A DNA stretch of 64,000 nt from an uncultured Candidatus Brevefilum sp. Lineage in GTDB: Bacteria; Chloroflexota; Anaerolineae; Anaerolineales; Anaerolineaceae. Below are positions 49,812 through 58,628 of this stretch, piece by piece (position 1 is the stretch's first letter; each line of letters starts with the position of its first letter). The position numbers were made by a program, and so were the translations under genes. The DNA lies in contig CAZNRI010000007.1 of the NCBI GenBank assembly GCA_964575595.1, positions 2,749 to 66,748 on the forward strand. Reading direction: 5' to 3'. The notes under the pieces were generated by a model, which searched no databases, had not been told where the DNA came from, and saw only the letters and a list, made by a program, of their open reading frames with translations.

Positions 49812-50290
49812 TGTGGATAACTCCCCAAAATCCGTGGATAACTTATACGAAGTGTGGATAAACCGCACAATTATTCCAAGAATCCGTGCTCTGAATCTGG
49901 ATAAAATTCTAATAAATCGAGAGGAATCAGCATCAATAAATTTTGTATCACGGATTTCTGCATGTTTTTAGCCATCAATCAACAATTTGTTGTGGAAAAA
50001 GCAAGACGCCCTTAACCCACAAATATTTGGTAAATCTTTTGATGCAACCCGATATATTCTGTCATTAACTTCAACGCTTTATCAAAAATCCACTTTTCCA
50101 CATTATCCACAGCCCCTACGATTACGACTAAAAAAGAATCATTAAATAATATATGTGGATAAATAATATTTAATTAATGATTAAGAAATTCCTTTAATTA
50201 ACCTGCAGCATTAAAAGGATCTTTTTTGCATAAAGTCATCCCAGAATATTCTAATGAATAAAATGTTATCAATCTTAGATATATCTTTTT
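49812..50290. other. Chromosomal replication origin oriC
   Basis: Perfect DnaA boxes at 49812-20, 49853-61, 50103-11 and 50154-62; one-mismatch boxes at 49833-41, 49896-904, 49991-99 and 50094-102; DnaA-trios at 50117-50131; AT-rich tract after them; parS nearby; apparent skew switch. Confidence 0.88.
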
Positions 50291-50506
50291 TACTCCTAAA
50301 TGATGTTGGTTTGACGCTCACAGAACGAGATGATAAACTATGAGTGTTATAGGTTGTTTAACAAGAGCGCAATGTAACCTACACCACTATTTTATAATTT
50401 AACAATTTTTCATGAAAGAGCACAATCGTTAGGGAAAGATTGTTTCTGAATATTGTTGCTGTGCTGTCGCGCGGTAAGAGCACGTTAATGATAAAAGGAG
50501 CTTAAT

Positions 50507-51973
50507 ATGAAAAACACGATGAGATCACGGAAATCCCGCCTGAATTTATTAATCATCGCAGCTTTATCACTTCTTTCAATGTCTTGTGGATTAATCAACC
50601 GAGCATTGGATGCGGTTACTGATTCCGGGTTAGAAAAATTGAAGGATATAGAGGTTGTGGATCAGATCATCACCGCTATGGAGATGGCTGAAGGTAAGCA
50701 AATCGATTGGACAGAACTAGAAGTTCCCGGTTCAGAATTCCTATTTGAGGTTGATCCATTTGAAGATGTTATCCGTTGGCGTTTCTATGCCATAGAGGAC
50801 GAACTGGCAGATGCAGGCGAGTTTTATATCAATCTATTACCAAATTTCCTGATTGAAAGGGACCAGCAGGTTAATGATCACCGCTATCTCGTGCTCTCAG
50901 CTGGACATACTTTGAGTTCGATCTATTCCAAAGAACAATTACAGGAGTTGAGAGCTGATTATCAGCAGTTGCCCAGCACGCTTTTAGATGTAGAGGTATT
51001 GAATTCAACTGCACACAGAGATTCTGGGCGCTTGGCCATTACTGAAGGCATAGGTACGCTGCCCGGAGAGGTGCCTGAGAATACTACCATCGTGATCCTG
51101 GTTTATAATTTTTCGAGCGCTGGGTGGGAGGATATTCAAGAGATTGCTCCGGGGATTGTATCTAACTGGGGCGATGATAAAACACCAACTGACCCTGAAG
51201 AAATGACCAATGGGGATGATATAGAACAGAATGACACATCTGATGACGAAGATGACGGACTTGGATTTAATGATGATGAAATTATAGATCCGTCGGGTTT
51301 CTGTGATCAGGTTTTGGGAAGTGGTGTCTGTTATCACCCTTATATCCCTGTCGTCGAGGGTTTTACACGAAGCTATCAAACTGAAGATGGAATCACAACC
51401 GAGACGATCAGTGAGGTCAGGAATGATGGTTTTACATTGACGACAGAAATGCCGGATGGAACCACAAATTCCTCAGAATTCCAGTGTGGAGATGAAGGGA
51501 TAACAGGGTGGGTGATGGACGATTCCATGCTTGAAATGATGGCGGAAGAACATGACTTATTTACAGATATTGAGGTGGAAGGGTCGGCACTTCCCCATGA
51601 ACTTTCACCAGGTGTCACCTGGCAGGTGACGGTCAACGCGACGATTGGTATCCGAAAGGAAGGTGTTGAAAGCAGCAATGAGATCGTTATGAATTTCGAA
51701 TACACTGTAGTTGGTGAAGAAACGATCTCCACTCCAGCTGGCAGGTTTACAGCAATACGAGTTGATTTTACGGGTACTGGTGAAAACAATCTGGTTATAA
51801 CTGGACCAGGCCCTGGGTTATCTCAATTAATAGCAACACTTGAGAGCAACGGATCAGAGTGGTATGTGCCTTGCGTCGGAAAAGTGCGCTCTTACACAAG
51901 CTCCACCTGGAGTGGAATTGTTAATGTTGAAAGCGAAATACAAATGGAGATCAATGGCTTTGGGTTAAGATAA
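50507..51973 (+). CDS. Hypothetical acidic lipoprotein with a C-terminal DUF3108/TapB-like beta domain
   Basis: Lipobox SMSC, Asp-rich linker, CYHPYIPV and ETISTPAGRF motifs; SD AAGGAG. Confidence 0.65.
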   Translation: MKNTMRSRKSRLNLLIIAALSLLSMSCGLINRALDAVTDSGLEKLKDIEVVDQIITAMEMAEGKQIDWTELEVPGSEFLFEVDPFEDVIRWRFYAIEDELADAGEFYINLLPNFLIERDQQVNDHRYLVLSAGHTLSSIYSKEQLQELRADYQQLPSTLLDVEVLNSTAHRDSGRLAITEGIGTLPGEVPENTTIVILVYNFSSAGWEDIQEIAPGIVSNWGDDKTPTDPEEMTNGDDIEQNDTSDDEDDGLGFNDDEIIDPSGFCDQVLGSGVCYHPYIPVVEGFTRSYQTEDGITTETISEVRNDGFTLTTEMPDGTTNSSEFQCGDEGITGWVMDDSMLEMMAEEHDLFTDIEVEGSALPHELSPGVTWQVTVNATIGIRKEGVESSNEIVMNFEYTVVGEETISTPAGRFTAIRVDFTGTGENNLVITGPGPGLSQLIATLESNGSEWYVPCVGKVRSYTSSTWSGIVNVESEIQMEINGFGLR

Positions 51974-52085
51974 TGATTAGTAAATAATGAGTGGTTGAAT
52001 TGGCTTTTTGTCATACTACTGTTATTGCAGGTTGGATCATCGCTTATTGGGATTGTGATATTAATTTCGCACTATAATCATGAAT

Positions 52086-53693
52086 ATGGCCAAACATTCC
52101 AAATGGGTCAAAGTGACCCTCGTTATTATTACCATTGTTATTTTCTTTATCTTTCTAATTCCCAATTCCAGGGCATCTGAAAATATAGCCATGGTCTCTA
52201 TGTTTGAACCGGATGAAGGCATCATGATCCCGGTCATTCAAAAAATGTTGGAGCCAAAAGGGAACTTCAAATATTTCCTCATCAAATTTGCTTTATATGA
52301 ATACTATTATTATGGATTTCCGTTTTTCGCGTTATCTGCGATTGTAACTCTCCCTTTTCAATTAGCTGGGCAAATGGGGAATATCCCCTGGTTAATGACC
52401 ACCCTGCGGCAGTTGGTCAGCGTCCTGCCAATGTTGTTGGCTTTGCTGCTACTTGTTGATTTGCATGACCGCTTCAAGTCTTATAAATCGATTATCCTAT
52501 ACCTGTTCCTGCTTATGGTGCCTGCTGTTGTACAGAACGGTTTCTGGTGGCATCCAGATGGGCTGGTCTTATTACTATCTGTTCTTGTCCTCTACTTTCT
52601 CTATCGCGACGGTCACAAGCTTGGCTGGCAATTTGCAGCAGCGGCCTTCTTTTGCGGCGTTTTAACAGCAACAAAACTTGTCGGGGGATATTTCTTTCTA
52701 GCTGTAGGTTTAACAATTTTATGGAGTGTCCTGACGAAAAGTGTATCTTGGAAAAAAGCAATTTTAATGTCTGTTTTGTTTCTTCTCATTATGGCTGTAA
52801 CTTTTGTTATTGCTAACCCATTCATGATTTTTGAAGCCCATCGGGAACTATATTTTAAAACAATACGAAAGCAATCCTCGTTATTATCTCAAGGCTATGG
52901 CATTTTTTATAATAAAGGATTGATAGCCTGCTGGCCTCTCATGCATGAATATTATGGCGAAGCGGTTTTTCTAATTGCCACAATCGGCATTACCATCTGG
53001 AACATTTTAAAAAAAGAATCCCGCTTTCTCCACGCCTTGACGCTAGCCTGGTTCATCCCTCTGACGGTTTCTGTGCTGACCTTTTCTCATTTCAAATATC
53101 AGTATTGGCTTCCTGTCGCCATCCCACTCTTTGCCAATTGGTTCACGATCCTTCCGGAAAACAACGCGATATTCAAGGATAAATTGCCGCTTATAAGAAA
53201 GCTCCCAAGAATGGGCTTATTGTTGATTTTCATTGCCCAATTTGTCCTGTTTGGCGTGCAGTCGTCCAAGATGATGGTTAATCGCATTTATCGCAAGGAG
53301 AAAAACGCTAATTTTGTTTTTTATGAGCTTGCCATGGAAAAACTTGAGCCCATTGGGGAGGATCCAATATATGCTTATTATGATTACCGTTTATATATGC
53401 CTAAGAAAGAGAATTGGACAGCAGAGACAGCGTTTAAAATGCTCGATTATGAACATATCAACTCGCGCAATTTCGATGTACTCTTCCTTTTAGAACAGCG
53501 CATGCACGACTACACCAATCCCAACGTCGTTGGCATTGACCCGGAATCTTTCACCCGGGCACAAGAGTTTTATCGGGATGCCCTCGAGGGAAATGTCGAC
53601 GGATATTGTCTTCTGCTTCGTACGGAAACAGCCCATCTCTACATTCGTGAAGATTTTTGCCGAAAATACTTTGATCCGAGCATTTGTCAATAG
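52086..53693 (+). CDS. GT-C fold (ArnT/PMT, GT39/83-like) membrane glycosyltransferase
   Basis: N-terminal EPDE acidic motif, HPD, ATK, QYWLP, many TM helices. Start either 52080 or 52086. Confidence 0.7.
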   Translation: MAKHSKWVKVTLVIITIVIFFIFLIPNSRASENIAMVSMFEPDEGIMIPVIQKMLEPKGNFKYFLIKFALYEYYYYGFPFFALSAIVTLPFQLAGQMGNIPWLMTTLRQLVSVLPMLLALLLLVDLHDRFKSYKSIILYLFLLMVPAVVQNGFWWHPDGLVLLLSVLVLYFLYRDGHKLGWQFAAAAFFCGVLTATKLVGGYFFLAVGLTILWSVLTKSVSWKKAILMSVLFLLIMAVTFVIANPFMIFEAHRELYFKTIRKQSSLLSQGYGIFYNKGLIACWPLMHEYYGEAVFLIATIGITIWNILKKESRFLHALTLAWFIPLTVSVLTFSHFKYQYWLPVAIPLFANWFTILPENNAIFKDKLPLIRKLPRMGLLLIFIAQFVLFGVQSSKMMVNRIYRKEKNANFVFYELAMEKLEPIGEDPIYAYYDYRLYMPKKENWTAETAFKMLDYEHINSRNFDVLFLLEQRMHDYTNPNVVGIDPESFTRAQEFYRDALEGNVDGYCLLLRTETAHLYIREDFCRKYFDPSICQ

Positions 53694-53737
53694 TCGTTAA
53701 ACTTGTGCATGTGGAAGCAGAAAAACCCATAACCCTC

Positions 53738-53765
53738 TTGACAATAGTATACCGATCGGTATAAT
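53738..53765 (+). promoter_or_regulatory. sigma70 promoter with an overlapping 16-bp palindromic TetR operator
   Basis: TTGACA (53738-43), 16-bp spacer, TATAAT (53760-65); perfect palindrome TATACCGATCGGTATA at 53748-53763. Confidence 0.8.
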
Positions 53766-53773
53766 ACTTCCCT

Positions 53774-54340
53774 GTGGATAACAAACAACGATTATTAGAT
53801 TGCGCCCTTTCTCTTTTCAGCCAACGCGGGTATAACGGCGTGAGCGTGAGTGATATTGTTGACGCAGCAGGGGTGACCAAGCCGACCTTATATCATTACT
53901 TTGGTAGTAAGCGTGGATTGCTGGCGTCATTGCTCCGTTGCAATGCTGAACCATTTCTGGCTGCTATAAGCTGTGCCGCAGTTTATCAGGGTGATCTTGT
54001 GCTGACGCTGGAGCACGTCGCAAAAACCTATTTTGATTACGCTCAAAGATTTAGCTCATTTTATCGACTGCAGTTGGCCATGTATTTTTCTCCGCCTGAG
54101 AGTGAAACAAATGACGCGATCAGGGTGTATGCTCAGCGGCAGCAAAATATCCTGGCGGATATGTTCCTCAAGGCAGAGGAAAATCATGGCAATATGCGAG
54201 GACGGCACAGCCGGTACGCAGCGGGGTTCCTGGGAGCGATCAATGCTGTGATTGGGTTGTACCTGAATGAGGAAATTGAGCTTACGGCAGAGGTGGTTTA
54301 TCAAACAGTTCATCAATTCATGCATGGAATTTTCAGTTGA
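53774..54340 (+). CDS. TetR/AcrR-family transcriptional regulator
   Basis: LFSQRGYNGVSVSDIVDAAGVTKPTLYHYFGSK HTH. Confidence 0.93.
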   Translation: MDNKQRLLDCALSLFSQRGYNGVSVSDIVDAAGVTKPTLYHYFGSKRGLLASLLRCNAEPFLAAISCAAVYQGDLVLTLEHVAKTYFDYAQRFSSFYRLQLAMYFSPPESETNDAIRVYAQRQQNILADMFLKAEENHGNMRGRHSRYAAGFLGAINAVIGLYLNEEIELTAEVVYQTVHQFMHGIFS

Positions 54341-54387
54341 TAGGATGATCTTATTGTGATTTCATCAATTTTCAGGAGAAAAGTTAA

Positions 54388-55749
54388 ATGACAGAACAAT
54401 GGGCAAAAGACGCCTTTTTTTACCATATTTATCCAATAGGCCTCTGCGGTGCGCCCTCGGAAAATGATCTGGTTACGCCGAGGTCATATCGGTTGGAGAA
54501 TCTGTATCCCTGGCTGGATCATATCCAATCCTTGGGGGTAAATGCGCTTTATCTTGGCCCCGTTTTCCAATCCTCCTCTCACGGATATGACACCGTAGAT
54601 TATTATCAGGTCGATAGGAGATTAGGGGACAACGACGCGCTGGCGAAACTGTCGGACGCAGTCCATGACCGTGGCATGCGGTTGGTTTTGGATGGGGTTT
54701 TCAACCATGTTGGGCGTGAATTTTGGGCTTTCAAAGATGTTCGGGAAAAAGGCGAGGAGTCATCTTATTCTGACTGGTTTTACAACCTGCGTTTTGAGGA
54801 AAGCAGTCCGAAAGGAGACCCTTTCCAATATGAAGGATGGAAGGGACATTACAGCCTGGTAAAACTTAACCTCTCGCATCCTGATGTCCGGTCCCATCTC
54901 TTTGACGCGGTTGGGATGTGGATGGATAAATTTAATATTGACGGTTTGAGGTTGGATGCTGCCGACTGCATTGATTTCGATTTCCTACGCGCCCTGCATA
55001 CCTTTACAAAATCACGACGACCAGATTTTTGGCTGATGGGGGAAGTTGTGCATGGTGATTACCGCGAATGGGTGAATCACGCTACGCTGGACTCGGTAAC
55101 AAATTATGAATGCTATAAGGGGCTGTATTCCAGTTTGAACGAATCGAATTATTTTGAAATTGCCTACAGCTTGAACCGTCAATCTGGTGATGAGGGGCTT
55201 TATCGCGAATTATATTTGTATAATTTTGTGGATAACCATGATGTGGATCGCGTGGCAAGTAAGTTGAAAAACCCGGCTCACTTATACCCGCTATATCTGC
55301 TGCTGTTTACAATGCCTGGCATCCCCTCAATTTACTATGGCAGCGAGTGGGGTGTGGAAGGCGAAAAACAACATTGGACGGATGAGCCGCTGCGTCCGGC
55401 TTTAAAGCTCAATCAATTGAAGGCAGACAGTCCACAACACGATTTGCCGGGGACAATCAGGCGTCTAGCTGATCTCCGGGGGTCTTGTGGAGCTTTGAAA
55501 TATGGAGCATATCAGCAGCTTCACGTGGATCACAGCCAGCTTGCTTTCATCCGAGAAATAGATAATGAAAAAGCCTTGGTGGTGTTGAACAGCGCTGAGC
55601 AGCTAGTGGAATTGAATCTGGCTTTGCCCTGGGCAAAGGGTACTTTGACGGATTTGTTTGAGCCGGAAAGAGCTTTCCAGATTCAAGATGGTCATTTGGA
55701 AATAACCATATCGCCAAATTGGGGCAGAGTGTTGGTTTTTAGGGAGTAA
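54388..55749 (+). CDS. GH13 alpha-amylase-family glycosidase (cyclomaltodextrinase/neopullulanase-like, intracellular)
   Basis: HGYDT, DGVFNH, GLRLDAA, GEVV, FVDNHD, YYGSE; no signal peptide. Confidence 0.9.
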   Translation: MTEQWAKDAFFYHIYPIGLCGAPSENDLVTPRSYRLENLYPWLDHIQSLGVNALYLGPVFQSSSHGYDTVDYYQVDRRLGDNDALAKLSDAVHDRGMRLVLDGVFNHVGREFWAFKDVREKGEESSYSDWFYNLRFEESSPKGDPFQYEGWKGHYSLVKLNLSHPDVRSHLFDAVGMWMDKFNIDGLRLDAADCIDFDFLRALHTFTKSRRPDFWLMGEVVHGDYREWVNHATLDSVTNYECYKGLYSSLNESNYFEIAYSLNRQSGDEGLYRELYLYNFVDNHDVDRVASKLKNPAHLYPLYLLLFTMPGIPSIYYGSEWGVEGEKQHWTDEPLRPALKLNQLKADSPQHDLPGTIRRLADLRGSCGALKYGAYQQLHVDHSQLAFIREIDNEKALVVLNSAEQLVELNLALPWAKGTLTDLFEPERAFQIQDGHLEITISPNWGRVLVFRE

Positions 55750-55766
55750 ACCTTTGGAAGGATAAC

Positions 55767-56882
55767 TTACATACTTTTGGGGAAGCAGCCGCCGCGTTCG
55801 ATCACTTCCGCTCTAGTATTGGCATTTCGATAACGGCGGATTGGTTGGATGGTGATGGCATAACCGGATTGGTGAACCCACTCTCCCAAGCGTATTAATT
55901 CCTGCAATGCTTTTTTCATGGCCAACCCCCCTTCCACCCCAAACCGGTATGTAAAATAACCTGGGTTTGTTTCCAGATAATTAAGAATGGATTGCCATGC
56001 TCGAAGCAGGGGTTTAATTTTGGTTTGGTGGTAAATGTTTCTGAGAGGTTTGATCGGCAGATGAAGGTTGCGGACAAGGACATCCATCATCGTAGGGTTA
56101 TAAAGAAATCTGGCGTAGATTGAATTGTGACGGACGAGGAGATCAGCGGGTATTACAACCTCATAATCAACATCCAGCACTTCAATTTCAAGTTGATATT
56201 TCTCATCAAATCGTCGGCGAAAACGTTGCTGATCTTTTTCAGGAACGAGGGTGTTAATTCTTTTAAGAATTCTATTGGCTGACATCTCAAGATTGGCTTT
56301 CATGGGCAAGGTTCTGTCTTCTAATTCAACCGGTGGAATGGGTTCCCCCACATTCATGGTCAGGCTGGGATGCTTTAGTTTCAATGCCCTCTCTAAACCA
56401 CCTTTAATGCCGCCGAAGCCGATGGGCAAAATGGAGGCTTGGGCACGGTAACTCAGCCAGGCAACGCCGATTTGAGCTTGCATATTGGCAGGGTCCCATA
56501 TTCCGCCCTCCGGAAAGATGCCCAGGATTCCCCCCTGTTTGAGGATATCCACGCCCATTTTAAGTCCTTTGCGGTCAATATTGCCGCGATTGACTGGAAT
56601 CAGGCCATAGGCGTTGGCGATAAACGCATAATTGGGATCGAAAGGGATATCCCCATTGCCGATGAACTCCACCATCCCGGGGGTGTACACCGCCATCATC
56701 ACTGCTTCCAAAACAGCTACATGATTCCCCGCCAGGATCATTGGGCCCTTTTCGGGAAGTCTTTCCTGACCGGTGATCTTTACATCAGCCAACAGGTCTA
56801 TCAACATCCTGCCAAGGGATGTCATGCAACTTCGAATTGCCACTTTACGGGGATAGGTTACGCTGAAAACATCTGCCTTCAT
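55767..56882 (-). CDS. Lysophospholipid acyltransferase (PlsC family) with C-terminal extension
   Basis: GNHVAVLE (HX4E variant of HX4D), IPVNRG, IFPEGG, ILPIG. Confidence 0.85.
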   Translation of the reverse strand: MKADVFSVTYPRKVAIRSCMTSLGRMLIDLLADVKITGQERLPEKGPMILAGNHVAVLEAVMMAVYTPGMVEFIGNGDIPFDPNYAFIANAYGLIPVNRGNIDRKGLKMGVDILKQGGILGIFPEGGIWDPANMQAQIGVAWLSYRAQASILPIGFGGIKGGLERALKLKHPSLTMNVGEPIPPVELEDRTLPMKANLEMSANRILKRINTLVPEKDQQRFRRRFDEKYQLEIEVLDVDYEVVIPADLLVRHNSIYARFLYNPTMMDVLVRNLHLPIKPLRNIYHQTKIKPLLRAWQSILNYLETNPGYFTYRFGVEGGLAMKKALQELIRLGEWVHQSGYAITIQPIRRYRNANTRAEVIERGGCFPKSM

Positions 56883-57120
56883 AAAACTCGCCAGTTTCGG
56901 TCAATTTGAATCAATGTGTTTCCAAATCTCATTTTAAGCACTGTTTTTGTATTTTACTTAGCGTCATCAATTTGTTAAGCAGCCGGGGGTTATTATATTC
57001 TATAATGGTCTGAGGTGATTCTCGTGTGTTTAACGTTATCCTGTTGTTAATGAATGCTGGCAGGGGTGGTTAACCGCCAGTATAATTACAATCCATATCA
57101 AAAGAAACGATGGCTTCAGG

Positions 57121-57864
57121 ATGAATTTTTCAAAGATCAATTATAAGAGCTTTCTTGGGCGTTTACTACGTTTGCCGCTGCGGTTGATCCCCAAAGGGAT
57201 GGCGATGCCCATTCTGCAGGGGCGCTTGCGCGGCCGGAAGTGGATTGTCGGTGCAGGAGAGCATGGGTACTGGCTGGGAAGTTACGAGATGCGGAAGAGA
57301 CAAGCTTTTGAAGAAACTATCCCAGAAGGTGCGATCGTTTATGATATTGGCGCCAATGTTGGTTATTACACCCTTTTAGCTGCGGTATTGGTAGGCGAAG
57401 AGGGAAAAGTATATGCGTTTGAGCCATTACCGCGTAATGTTGATTTTCTGCGCAAGCATGTGAAGCTCAACAGCTTTGATCATGTTAATATTATCGAGGC
57501 CGCGGTTTCTGACAGGAGCGGTCGGGCTGCCTTTGATTTGGGAGCAAGCTCTGCCATGGGGCACATTTCAGAATCGGGGGAGATTGACGTGCGATTAGTC
57601 TGTCTGGATGATTTTCTGGGAGCGCGTGACATACAGCCGCCCGATTTCATGAAAGTAGATGTGGAGGGGGCGGAATTTGAAGTGTTGAGAGGCGCAAGAA
57701 GCCTGCTTAAACAGCATCATCCAATCTTGTTTCTGGACACTCACCAACGAGAAGCCCATCAGCCAGCCATCGCCTTATTGGAGGAACTGGGATACAAATT
57801 TAAGGTCCTGGATGGTCGGTCGTTGGGTGAGACAAAAGAATTAATTGCCTATCCTACAAAGTAA
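57121..57864 (+). CDS. FkbM-family methyltransferase
   Basis: YDIGANVGYY, AFEP, MKVDVEGAEFEVLRG. Confidence 0.92.
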   Translation: MNFSKINYKSFLGRLLRLPLRLIPKGMAMPILQGRLRGRKWIVGAGEHGYWLGSYEMRKRQAFEETIPEGAIVYDIGANVGYYTLLAAVLVGEEGKVYAFEPLPRNVDFLRKHVKLNSFDHVNIIEAAVSDRSGRAAFDLGASSAMGHISESGEIDVRLVCLDDFLGARDIQPPDFMKVDVEGAEFEVLRGARSLLKQHHPILFLDTHQREAHQPAIALLEELGYKFKVLDGRSLGETKELIAYPTK

Positions 57865-57964
57865 GACAAAAAATAACGATTCAATGAAAACCTTATAACT
57901 TTTCTTTCTCTATACCTAATTTTCACCAAGCGTAGGTTTCTAGCGTTGGCTTTTCACCTTGTGA

Positions 57965-57980
57965 TGTTTCACGTGAAACC
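57965..57980. promoter_or_regulatory. parS site 1
   Basis: TGTTTCACGTGAAACC, one mismatch from the consensus TGTTTCACGTGAAACA. Confidence 0.88.
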
Positions 57981-58011
57981 TATTCAAATGTTGAGTGCAG
58001 TTAGATGGGGA

Positions 58012-58027
58012 TGTTTCACGTGAAACA
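58012..58027. promoter_or_regulatory. parS site 2
   Basis: TGTTTCACGTGAAACA, perfect consensus. Confidence 0.93.
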
Positions 58028-58089
58028 TTTGAATGAGAGTTTGGCTTGACAGTGCCTGATTTACCGGTTAGGCTGGAATTGGAGGCAGG

Positions 58090-58599
58090 ATGTCCTATTG
58101 GATCCGCATATTTAACCAACAGCCTATCGTAAAAATAACCCCTGAAATTGTCAGGGCGGCGATAACAGCGTCGAATTTTCATACCTTGTGTGAGCAGTAT
58201 CAAGTAGACCAGGAATTAATTCAGCCTACCTTGGCGAACCTTGAAATAATCCAAACCTCAGAGGATCTACCCATCTTGTTTTTACTGCGTTACCATCAGG
58301 ATGATGGATATCCGATCCGGGTGTATCAATGGAATGTGAGTGGCCAACCAGGCGAAGAAATGCTTGATGCTGCCCTGGAAAGGGCTGAAGTCAGCGAAGT
58401 CCGATTAAGTCTGGCAAACATTGCTTATATCGTCGCTGTGGAGCTTCTTGAATCGCAGTTACAGGACCTCGGGCTGCTTTTGGGCTATGAAATAGCGCGC
58501 TGGGCGGGGGATCAGGGTAAGGGCATTGTCTATGGGCTGGATAGGGAATGGTATCGCCTGAACGGTAACCTTGCTTTCATCCCTATCCGTTCAGATTAA
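58090..58599 (+). CDS. Hypothetical protein
   Basis: 169-aa ORF with SD GGAGG; no family recognised. Confidence 0.65.
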   Translation: MSYWIRIFNQQPIVKITPEIVRAAITASNFHTLCEQYQVDQELIQPTLANLEIIQTSEDLPILFLLRYHQDDGYPIRVYQWNVSGQPGEEMLDAALERAEVSEVRLSLANIAYIVAVELLESQLQDLGLLLGYEIARWAGDQGKGIVYGLDREWYRLNGNLAFIPIRSD

Positions 58600-58628
58600 T
58601 TGAGTTTTCAAAGGAGTTGGGGTTCGTG

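Noticed and set aside
49980-50062. NrdR-box-like 16-mers inside oriC (CAACAATTTGTTGTGG, ACCCGATATATTCTGT)
   Set aside because: Each has mismatches at core positions in AT-rich DNA and the spacing is irregular; not distinguishable from background by eye.
57940-58203. 87-aa - strand ORF containing NVSRET and FHVKH
   Set aside because: These peptides are simply translations of the parS palindromes.
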